From contig JAUXUT010000149.1 in NCBI GenBank assembly GCA_030680695.1, forward strand, positions 302,933-354,999: a DNA stretch of 52,067 nt, given 5' to 3'. The notes under the pieces were generated by a model. It did no database searches and had not been told where the DNA came from. It saw nothing but the letters and a program-made list of their open reading frames with translations. A program made the position numbers and the translations under genes. This document shows positions 26,045 to 33,622 of this stretch, one piece after another (the first letter of the stretch is position 1; every line of letters begins with the position of its first letter). The DNA is from a bacterium (GTDB lineage Bacteria > Patescibacteriota > Minisyncoccia > Phycocordibacterales > UBA6065).

Positions 26045-27868
26045 ATGAAAAATAAATCAATATCAATCTTTTCGCATGTCTCAAAGAAGATAGCGGCGGT
26101 TGTGATATGCCTCGGTCTCATCGTGGCATCATCGCCCGCTCTCGCAACTCAAGTTGAAGCAGCCGCTTCTGATTGGACCGTCAAAGGCGTAAGCATAACC
26201 TCGCAATGGTCGGGTGATTTTGCGAGCGAAGGCTTCAAACAATCAGTGCAAAATGCCAAGGATATGGGCGTGAACTATATAACGCTTGTAATTCCGTATG
26301 TCCAAAGCAACGCATATTCATCGGACGTTGGTAATCATCCGAACACACCGTCAGACGAAACTCTGATTTCTGCAATCCAATATATCCACGGCCTCGGGCT
26401 CAAGGTTGCACTCAAGCCGCACCTGGAGGAATGGGGAGGAAACTGGCGCGGCAACATCCAGGCAAGCGACCGTGGTGAATGGTACAACCGTTACGGAACG
26501 ATGCTCAACCATCTCGGCGACATCGGTAAGAACCACGGTGTTGAGATGATTGTAGCTGGAACCGAACTTATCGGAATGGCGTCATCATATGTGTCTAATG
26601 ACAACACCGAACAGTGGCGTGCGATGATATCAGCGCTCCGAACTCGATATCCCGGCCTCGTGACATACAGCGCCAACTGGGGACACGGTCAGACCTATGT
26701 GAATGAATTCGAGTACATCAAGTTCTGGGATGCTTTGGATTTCATCGGAATCTCGGCATACTTCCCTCACCCAAACTCTGATGGCTCGGCATCTTCGCTC
26801 GTCGAATCATGGAGACGCATAGACCAGAACCAGATTTCGGCACTCCAATCGACCTACAACAAACCTGTCCTCTTCAGCGAAGTCGGATTCAAAAGTATGG
26901 ATGGTGCGCATCAGCAACCATGGGATTCTGGAAGGTACGCCCCTTACAACGGTTGGGCACAGCAACAGGCCTATGAAGGGCTCTTCCAATACTGGAACAC
27001 CCGTTCATATTTCTCAGGTCTGATGATATGGGACTGGCACAGCGACCCGAATCATGGCGGTGAAGGCAACATAGACTACAGCCCTCACAACAAACCAGCT
27101 GAGGGAACGATCCACACATGGTTCACCCAAGGTGGTGGAAGTAATGGAGGAGGTGACAACGGAGGCGGAGATAATGGTGGCGGCACCAATCCCCCACCTG
27201 ACCCAACTGGAGAGTTCGGTGCATCATCGACAGGTGCGTCGAACGTCTGGTCAGGTCAAGAAACAACTATCCCTGTTGTTGTAACGAGCTCCGGTGACGC
27301 CAAGAACGTAATCGCTGATATCGAGATCTATGATGCGAATGACAATAAGATCTTCCAGCGCTTTTTCGAAGGCCAAGATATATCCCAGACGAGCTCCAAG
27401 ACCTATAACGTACAGTGGATTCCATCGACAGATGGCTCGTACACAGTAAAAGTGGGAATATTCAAGTATGACTGGAGCCACACCTATTATTGGAACAACA
27501 GTGTGACTACGATCGCGGTCGGGTCAGTCGTAGACCCTGATCCTGACCCAGATCCAGATCCTCAGACATTCGAAACCAACATCTGGTGGCCAACGGATGG
27601 CGCGAACGTGTCGGGTATCCAGCCTTTCAAAGCCATGATTGAAGGCAAGGATGTGAGCGAATACGAGATGTATTGGCAAGTGGACGGTAACGGATTAGTA
27701 CAAATGTACAACAGCGACGTCGACTACCCACACAAGGAATTCATGGTAGACCTGTCGAGCTGGACTTGGAAAGGCAGTGGCCCATACACGGTAAACTTCG
27801 TATCGAAAGACCATGAAGGTAGCGTGATATCAGAAAAAGCAGTAGATATCTGGGTTATTACCTGGTAG
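26045..27868 (+). CDS. Secreted modular glycoside hydrolase, GH113-like TIM barrel plus two C-terminal beta domains
   Basis: Signal peptide; KVALKPH, AGTEL (acid/base), TYSANW, DFIGISAYFP, FSEVGF (nucleophile); G/N- and PD-rich linkers. Confidence 0.85.
   Translation: MKNKSISIFSHVSKKIAAVVICLGLIVASSPALATQVEAAASDWTVKGVSITSQWSGDFASEGFKQSVQNAKDMGVNYITLVIPYVQSNAYSSDVGNHPNTPSDETLISAIQYIHGLGLKVALKPHLEEWGGNWRGNIQASDRGEWYNRYGTMLNHLGDIGKNHGVEMIVAGTELIGMASSYVSNDNTEQWRAMISALRTRYPGLVTYSANWGHGQTYVNEFEYIKFWDALDFIGISAYFPHPNSDGSASSLVESWRRIDQNQISALQSTYNKPVLFSEVGFKSMDGAHQQPWDSGRYAPYNGWAQQQAYEGLFQYWNTRSYFSGLMIWDWHSDPNHGGEGNIDYSPHNKPAEGTIHTWFTQGGGSNGGGDNGGGDNGGGTNPPPDPTGEFGASSTGASNVWSGQETTIPVVVTSSGDAKNVIADIEIYDANDNKIFQRFFEGQDISQTSSKTYNVQWIPSTDGSYTVKVGIFKYDWSHTYYWNNSVTTIAVGSVVDPDPDPDPDPQTFETNIWWPTDGANVSGIQPFKAMIEGKDVSEYEMYWQVDGNGLVQMYNSDVDYPHKEFMVDLSSWTWKGSGPYTVNFVSKDHEGSVISEKAVDIWVITW
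27130..27200 (+). repeat. Low-complexity GGG-x-N linker
   Basis: Encodes GGGSNGGGDNGGGDNGGGTNPPPDP. Confidence 0.8.
27535..27562 (+). repeat. (Asp-Pro)n linker
   Basis: GACCCTGATCCTGACCCAGATCCAGATCC encodes DPDPDPDPDP. Confidence 0.8.
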
Positions 27869-27885
27869 AGAACCTGGATTTCGTG

Positions 27886-27917
27886 AAAATCGGCGAGCAT
27901 ATAGCTCGCCGATTTTT
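27886..27917. terminator. Bidirectional terminator
   Basis: AAAA-TCGGCGAGC-ATATA-GCTCGCCGA-TTTTT between convergent genes. Confidence 0.85.
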
Positions 27918-27919
27918 AT

Positions 27920-28420
27920 TTAAGAAATCGAGAAAAACCTCCACATCTGATTCTGGTATGCTTTCTCGCCTCTGTCATTCACAAAATCCAGAAGGCTTTC
28001 AAGTTCACGTACTTCAAAAGGATACTGCTTGAAGCCCATCTTTTCTTGGCATATATATCTGCCTTCGTCGTCTTTCTCGACCAGAAATGAATGTGCCATC
28101 TCCCCCGTTTCGGCATCCAAAATCTGCCCGACATATGTCTTGCCGGGCTTAATATCTCTGTCTGCTAGAATTCGTAGTGCGTCAGAATCTTTTATTAAAA
28201 CAAAATCTTTATCTGACAAAGATTTAGCCATATCCCCATACATAAAATCCTTCCCTTCGAGCTTCATTATGTGCGGATCAGACACCATGTCATCCCATGA
28301 CATGCGCCCAAGTGTGAAAAGAACGAATTTATGGCAATTCACATTCGGAATTTTATCAACAGCAACAGGTGGGACTGTGTTCCATGTCCCATCAAATGAT
28401 TTTCTGAGATATTCAATCAT
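27920..28420 (-). CDS. Hypothetical protein, possible Cys-His (papain-like) hydrolase
   Basis: NCHKF...AHSFL...EKMG pattern; AT-richer than flanking genes. Confidence 0.7.
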   Translation of the reverse strand: MIEYLRKSFDGTWNTVPPVAVDKIPNVNCHKFVLFTLGRMSWDDMVSDPHIMKLEGKDFMYGDMAKSLSDKDFVLIKDSDALRILADRDIKPGKTYVGQILDAETGEMAHSFLVEKDDEGRYICQEKMGFKQYPFEVRELESLLDFVNDRGEKAYQNQMWRFFSIS

Positions 28421-28429
28421 AATTAGTCA

Positions 28430-29458
28430 TTATCCTTTAAGCTCACAGACGATAATTTTTGGTCTTAAATAGCCGTTGGCATTCGTTATGAATTTCAGTT
28501 GCAGTGTTCGAACAATTCTGAAACATGATTTCATTAAAATGGATTCGATAAGTTCGTACTGGCTCGTATAAACTACCAACCTGCCGTCTGGTTCCAATTT
28601 GTCTTCACAGTATTCGACGAAAGCTTTATAGAGTTTTTGTAGATCCTCATCCTTGGATATCATCATCCCGAACGGAAGGTCGGATGCTATCGCGTCGAAC
28701 TTGCCGAAATCAGGCTTGTCGAATATATCAGCCTCTTTTATCTGAATTTTCTTGATTAAACCAGCCTTCTTGACGTTCTGGATCGAAAGCGACAGATGCT
28801 TCTTGTCATTATCAAAACCGACAAGCCTTTCAAGGTTGGGAAACACCTGCCCCGCCTCGATCGGCAATGTGCCACTGCCGGAGAATACGTTCAGATAGGA
28901 TTTCGCGGTTTCCAGATTGCAGAAAGAATTGACCGTATAAGCAATCGTCGGGTCCATGGCGCCGCTCATGTTCACAACTCTGTAATCCCTCACCGATAAT
29001 GGTCGAGGGGTGACTTGGACGCCGATCTCCCAGACATCTTCGTTCTTTATGATATGAATTTTCAGATCCGCATCTTCTTTTTCTTCCAATCCATACGTAT
29101 CGTGAACATATTTGGAGATGCCTTTCACTTCACGAGATTCGGAACCAGCGCAGTTAATCCTGAAACTTTTAAAATGTTCCTTGTCGTTCTTGATGACGAT
29201 ATCAATCAAGCCTCCAAGAAGTGATTTGTGGTTCGAGATGTGTGTTGGATGGAGCTTGCCGCCTTGCCGGACCACGTATGCCCGAGCGACACTTTTTAGA
29301 TGCTTAACCTCAGGGATGATTTCCTCTGAAAACGCTACGAACAATGATTCGTCCGATTCTTCGAGAATCTCGAAACCTGTTCGTTCAAGCTCTTCCAAAA
29401 CCACAGACCTAAGGCCTGTTATATGTGACAACTTGATTTTAAATTCTGATTCGTTCAT
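28430..29458 (-). CDS. THUMP-like plus SAM-dependent RNA methyltransferase (UPF0020/Trm11/RlmL-like)
   Basis: RPLSVRDYR, FSGSGTLPIEA (motif I), GFDND, SDLPFG (motif IV). Confidence 0.85.
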   Translation of the reverse strand: MNESEFKIKLSHITGLRSVVLEELERTGFEILEESDESLFVAFSEEIIPEVKHLKSVARAYVVRQGGKLHPTHISNHKSLLGGLIDIVIKNDKEHFKSFRINCAGSESREVKGISKYVHDTYGLEEKEDADLKIHIIKNEDVWEIGVQVTPRPLSVRDYRVVNMSGAMDPTIAYTVNSFCNLETAKSYLNVFSGSGTLPIEAGQVFPNLERLVGFDNDKKHLSLSIQNVKKAGLIKKIQIKEADIFDKPDFGKFDAIASDLPFGMMISKDEDLQKLYKAFVEYCEDKLEPDGRLVVYTSQYELIESILMKSCFRIVRTLQLKFITNANGYLRPKIIVCELKG

Positions 29459-29488
29459 ATATCTAAATACAGACCTAATTTAAAGTTG

Positions 29489-29559
29489 TTGCCGGACTTG
29501 GAATCGAACCAAGATTCTAGGCTTCAAAGGCCCATGTCCTACCATTAGACGATCCGGCA
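29489..29559 (-). tRNA. tRNA-Gln(TTG)
   Basis: Acceptor TGCCGGA/TCCGGCA (U1-A72), anticodon loop CT-TTG-AA, GTTCGATT T arm; CCA not encoded. Confidence 0.96.
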
Positions 29560-29588
29560 ATATTCGCGCGTTTCTGCGCTACCTAAAC

Positions 29589-30650
29589 CTACTTCCCTGC
29601 CTCAATACAGTCAACCACAGCGAGCTCGAGCGGCAACTCACGAATGCCTGCGATTCCGATGTAATCATACGCACCAAGGAGTGTGCGTATGAGTTTGGAA
29701 TCGGCGTGGCCTTTCGCGCTCGTAGACAAAGCCTTGGCGAACTCCATGTCCTCGTCGGATGCTTGTTGGAGCGCATCCGACGAGGCGCCGATTTTTACCA
29801 TGAGGGCGAGGCGAGCGAGAGATAAAGATAGCTCGAGAAAAAGTTTTGGATCAAAAGATTTCTTACGGACTTCTGCGATGGCCTTGAATGCTGCGGCGGC
29901 GTCTTTTTCTGCCAGCGCGCCAACATACGCACGAACGAGTTCTGATTTTGGCGAGCCGGTCGCTTCTTCGACGTCTTCGCGCGAGATTTTCTTGTCGCCA
30001 GACTTCCCGCCTTTGCCGCCCTGGCCGCCCAATCCAGCGACGACTCGTTCCAATGTTCCCAAAGTGTCGCGGAACGATCCATCGCCGACCAACGCCACGA
30101 GTTCTGCGGCTACTGGTTCAATGACGATGCCCTCTTTTTTGGCCACGGCCATAATAGTGTCCTTAAGGATGTCTGCAGTCGGGCGCTTGAACTCGAACAC
30201 CTGACAACGCGAAACTATAGTTTCCGGTAATTTGTGTACCTCGGTCGTGGCAAGGATGAATATAACGTGGCGCGGCGGTTCTTCGAGTGTTTTAAGAAGC
30301 GCGTTGAAGGCCTCCTTCGTAAGCATGTGCACCTCATCAATGATATAAACCTTGAACTTGGATTCGAATGGCAAGATGGCCACGGCATCGCGGAGAGCGC
30401 GCACGTCATCGATACCGCGGTTAGAAGCCGCGTCTATCTCGTATATATCGTTTGGTGTGGTGCCAACAGCCTTTGCGAAAATGCGCGCAATTGAAGTTTT
30501 GCCGATACCGCGCGATCCAGCAAAAAGATATGCATGCGCGACGGCACCATTATCAATAGCGCCTTTGAGGGCCTTTACGACCGAATCCTGGCCGATAACT
30601 TCCGTAAACGACTGTGGGCGATATTTCCTGTACAGGACTTCGTGGGACAT
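29589..30650 (-). CDS. dnaX: DNA polymerase III subunit gamma/tau (start MSHEVLY at 30650)
   Basis: LYRKYRPQSF, HAYLFAGSRGIGKTS, EIDAASNRGID, IIDEVHML, FNALLKTLEEPP, SRC; 353 aa. Confidence 0.96.
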   Translation of the reverse strand: MSHEVLYRKYRPQSFTEVIGQDSVVKALKGAIDNGAVAHAYLFAGSRGIGKTSIARIFAKAVGTTPNDIYEIDAASNRGIDDVRALRDAVAILPFESKFKVYIIDEVHMLTKEAFNALLKTLEEPPRHVIFILATTEVHKLPETIVSRCQVFEFKRPTADILKDTIMAVAKKEGIVIEPVAAELVALVGDGSFRDTLGTLERVVAGLGGQGGKGGKSGDKKISREDVEEATGSPKSELVRAYVGALAEKDAAAAFKAIAEVRKKSFDPKLFLELSLSLARLALMVKIGASSDALQQASDEDMEFAKALSTSAKGHADSKLIRTLLGAYDYIGIAGIRELPLELAVVDCIEAGK

Positions 30651-30684
30651 GCGCAAAGTATACCAGAATAATGCGTACGAGAAT

Positions 30685-30712
30685 AAAAAAAGCGGCCACA
30701 TGTGTGGCCGCT
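30685..30712 (-). terminator. Intrinsic terminator
   Basis: GCGGCCAC/GTGGCCGC stem plus T7 on the - strand. Confidence 0.85.
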
Positions 30713-30732
30713 TCGTAAAGAGCGCGCAGTAA

Positions 30733-31137
30733 TCAGGTTTCCGTCGGAGTGACGGTGACCCGATACCGCCGAATGAAACGCTTGCAGGCGCAAGTATGGG
30801 GTCGCAATGACCCCGGCTTTTCGGGACGTTCTGCAGTATCGCCGATGTCATCTGACCGCAGCGTCCGTTGACGCGGTCGTTCGCCCACCCAGCCACGGTA
30901 TTCCCGGAAACTAACCCCGTCCTTGCCGGCCATTTGGCGGCAACGGATCAGGGTGCCGTGCGGGACTTCCCACAGATGCCGAACCACCGAACGACCACCG
31001 GAATCGATGCATGCCATCGAAGGGTGTTCAGTGATCGCGACGCCGTTCTCGTTCTTCTCGTTCACCAGGGCGTTGTGCAGTTTTTCGCCGCCGGTGTTTT
31101 CGATATAATGAACCATTTTCCTGACTTGGTCACTCAT
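30733..31137 (-). CDS. Hypothetical protein (134 aa)
   Basis: Strong SD (AGGAGG) 5 nt before the ATG; no family recognised; 3' third overlaps a structured RNA-like region. Confidence 0.65.
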   Translation of the reverse strand: MSDQVRKMVHYIENTGGEKLHNALVNEKNENGVAITEHPSMACIDSGGRSVVRHLWEVPHGTLIRCRQMAGKDGVSFREYRGWVGERPRQRTLRSDDIGDTAERPEKPGSLRPHTCACKRFIRRYRVTVTPTET

Positions 31138-31214
31138 GGTGATCCTCCTTTTTGTTGAGCTGAGATTCTCGTGTTCATGTTCACCCTACCTTCCGTCTTG
31201 GACTTTGTCCAGAC

Positions 31215-31436
31215 AAAAGAAAACCCGTCGTTTGCACGGCGGGTGTTCCGGAACCTAGCATAGGTGTTATAGTCGCGATCTCAGAAGATCGGGCGCGTCA
31301 ACTAAGCTTGCACCTGCTAAGTCTCCAGACATCATCTTCGGGTCATGATGGGAGGGGTGGTAACCCCGTTGATGTGAATGTGCTGGGTTTGGACCAGCTT
31401 CATCTACCAGTATAGCATACTGTACGGATTTGTCAA
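31215..31436 (-). promoter_or_regulatory. Structured leader or ncRNA (RNA3): promoter, short uORF, long hairpin, terminator
   Basis: TTGACA(31436-31)-16-TGcTATACT(31414-09); ATG at 31403; hairpin 31250-31326; GCAA-capped terminator 31224-31243 plus TTTTCTTTT. Confidence 0.6.
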
Positions 31437-31488
31437 TACCATAACAGGGTATCCAGACAAACCCGCCATTATACGGCCTAAATAAGCC

Positions 31489-32148
31489 TTATTTTTGACC
31501 CCCTCTCCATTTTTCTATCTCGGCATGGTTGCCGGACAGCAATATTTTCGGTACGCGGTATTTCTTGCCTTTGTATGCGACTATTTCAGGCCTGGTATAG
31601 ACATCAGGGCTTGCAACGCGCTCTTCTTCGCGAGAATCGAAACTGCCGAGCACGCCTTCTACCTGCCGCGCGATGCAATCAATCATAACCATGGCTGGCA
31701 ACTCGCCTCCGGTGAGTACATATGGGCCGACGGATACGTCTTCCATCTTGAACATCTTCTTTACGCGCGCATCTATGCCTTCATAACGACCGCAGACGAA
31801 AATTATGTGATCGTATTTTTTTGCCGCGGATTTCGCGTATGAAGTGTCGAACTGAACGCCGCTCGGGCTGAAGAAAACAATCTTTATGTGTGGCTTTTTG
31901 GTACCCCTCCCTTTTGCTGCCTTCACTGCCTTCTCAATCGCACGAGCGACTGGCGCAGCCTGGATGACCATGCCTGGGCCGCCGCCGTATGCCTTGCGGT
32001 CTATGCGATCCCATTTGTCCTCGGCAAAATCGCGTGGGTTATAGAGCTTTACCTTGACCTTCTTGTCTTCGATGGCGCGCTTCAAAATAGACTCGCCGAG
32101 GTACGAATCGAAAGCGCCAGGAAACAAAGTTACGACGTGGAATGTCAT
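31489..32148 (-). CDS. trmD: tRNA (guanine-N1)-methyltransferase
   Basis: TLFP, YGGGPGMV, CGRYEGIDAR, SVGPYVLTGGELPA, YTRP, LLSGNHAEI. Confidence 0.97.
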   Translation of the reverse strand: MTFHVVTLFPGAFDSYLGESILKRAIEDKKVKVKLYNPRDFAEDKWDRIDRKAYGGGPGMVIQAAPVARAIEKAVKAAKGRGTKKPHIKIVFFSPSGVQFDTSYAKSAAKKYDHIIFVCGRYEGIDARVKKMFKMEDVSVGPYVLTGGELPAMVMIDCIARQVEGVLGSFDSREEERVASPDVYTRPEIVAYKGKKYRVPKILLSGNHAEIEKWRGGQK

Positions 32149-32207
32149 ACGGGCTACATTACCGCAAAATGGGCAAAAAGCGAGGCCAAGGGCCTAGGCC
32201 TAGACGT

Positions 32208-32600
32208 CTAGGCAAGGACGGTCTTCATGAGATCGGCCGAACGTGGATCGCCCCAAGACGATGAATAATCTATTAGTTCTTTGGCCATGGTGCTCGGAAT
32301 CGGCAGTCCGTCGCGTAATTCGGCGAGCACTTCCATATCACCTTCACGGAAACTCGACATGAATGCCTGTCGTACTGTCTCGTCCATCATGTCTCGTTCG
32401 ATATCGAAAGCGATGCTTATCTCGCGGGCGTTGTAAATGTCGCCTTTTTTGAGAAATGAGATGATTGCTTGGCGAGCGACTTCGAGGATTTCGACTTCGG
32501 TGACCAGATCGATTTCGCCCATCTTTTTGCGCAACACTGCGGCGCGGGCAATGTCCCCTTTCAGAAGCGCCTTGGCGATAGCATCAATGGATTGAGTCAT
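32208..32600 (-). CDS. Hypothetical helical-repeat protein (130 aa)
   Basis: Three xxGD(I/M) units (LLKGDI, LKKGDI, FREGDM) about 35 aa apart. Confidence 0.7.
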   Translation of the reverse strand: MTQSIDAIAKALLKGDIARAAVLRKKMGEIDLVTEVEILEVARQAIISFLKKGDIYNAREISIAFDIERDMMDETVRQAFMSSFREGDMEVLAELRDGLPIPSTMAKELIDYSSSWGDPRSADLMKTVLA

Positions 32601-32661
32601 GTTTTGTTAATGTCAGATAAACATTATATGAAAAAATACCACGTAAAGACATGTAGATAAC

Positions 32662-32690
32662 ACAGAAGGCCGCATCGCGCGGCCTTCTGT
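32662..32690. terminator. 12-bp perfect hairpin after khpA (terminator-like, no U tract)
   Basis: ACAGAAGGCCGC-ATCGC-GCGGCCTTCTGT. Confidence 0.55.
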
Positions 32691-32703
32691 CAAATGAGTC
32701 GGA

Positions 32704-33015
32704 CTATAGATCGAGATCAGCGAGCGACTCGTCGACTGTTTTCACAGCCTTCTGATCTTTGGATGGTGAGCCTGCTGGTTCGCTGATTTTGAGGTTCACG
32801 CGCGAGTTGTTCTTCATGCCAACAATGCGCAAGAGCGTTCGGATAGCCTTGGCGGTGTTGCCCTCGCGACCGATTATTTTGCCCATGTCCGCGGGGTTCA
32901 CGTCGAGGGTGAGCAATACGCCCATCTCGTCGACGGTGCGGTTTATTTTCACGTCATCAGGATTATCTACAAGGGACTTTATCAACATGTCCAGAAATTG
33001 TGCGTCTTTTTCCAT
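32704..33015 (-). CDS. khpA: KH-domain RNA-binding protein KhpA
   Basis: LVDNPDDV, DMGKIIGREGNTAKAIRTLL; follows rpsP. Confidence 0.92.
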   Translation of the reverse strand: MEKDAQFLDMLIKSLVDNPDDVKINRTVDEMGVLLTLDVNPADMGKIIGREGNTAKAIRTLLRIVGMKNNSRVNLKISEPAGSPSKDQKAVKTVDESLADLDL

Positions 33016-33110
33016 GAGTTTTTTCGTTATCGGAAGTAAGGTGGGACGGTATATGTTCCCTACCTTTTATCATACCATGTCGTATCGATGTCGCCAGAAA
33101 TCCAGCACAG

Positions 33111-33139
33111 AAAAAACAGCCCGCAAAGGGCTGTTTTTT
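33111..33139. terminator. Terminator after rpsP
   Basis: A6-CAGCCC-GCAAA-GGGCTG-T6. Confidence 0.8.
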
Positions 33140-33149
33140 CGAGGCTTCA

Positions 33150-33545
33150 TTAAGCCTTCGGAGCTTCAACCGGAGCCTCGGCCGGAGCTGCTTCGGGAGC
33201 GGCTGGTGCATCTGCCTTTGGTGCTTCAGCCTTTGGTGCCTCTGCAACTGGCGCTGGGGCCTCTTTCTTTGGAGCGGTCCTCTTTGGGAGGGCGTTTACC
33301 TTCTTGCCTGGGATAACCTTCTTGTCTATGAGCCAGTTATGAACAGTGTCTGAAAGCTTTGCACCGTGGCCCATCCAATGTTTAACGCGGTCGCCGTTGA
33401 CTTCCTTCACATTTTTCACTGGGTCGTAAGTTCCGAGAACCTCGAGAAACTTGCCCGATTTGGTCGAGTTTTTTGAGTCCGTCAAAACGAGACGGAAGGT
33501 TGGAATATTCACGCGTCCTACGCGCTGAAGTCGAATTTTTAGCAT
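33150..33545 (-). CDS. rpsP: 30S ribosomal protein S16 with Ala/Pro/Glu/Lys-rich tail
   Basis: MLKIRLQRVGR..P-FRLV, GKFLEVLGTYDP, GAKLSDTV; -10 TATCAT 7 nt upstream. Confidence 0.96.
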   Translation of the reverse strand: MLKIRLQRVGRVNIPTFRLVLTDSKNSTKSGKFLEVLGTYDPVKNVKEVNGDRVKHWMGHGAKLSDTVHNWLIDKKVIPGKKVNALPKRTAPKKEAPAPVAEAPKAEAPKADAPAAPEAAPAEAPVEAPKA

Positions 33546-33622
33546 GGGCCGTATGATAGCAAAATCAAGGGAAAACGTCAATAACATGGCTGTTTTCGCT
33601 TTATTTGTTATAGTAGAGACCA

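Noticed and set aside
27869-29490. Prophage or integrative element at tRNA-Gln
   Set aside because: No integrase and no duplicated tRNA 3' end found; kept only as a compositional islet.
29489-29559. A73 discriminator in tRNA-Gln (G73 is usual)
   Set aside because: A single-base observation; the U1-A72 identity pair is intact, so it is too minor to call.
31190-31260. ykkC/guanidine-I riboswitch (CUAGGUUCCG...GUCUGG)
   Set aside because: Only short word matches; the conserved 3' GGGACAAAAGCCCGGG element is absent.
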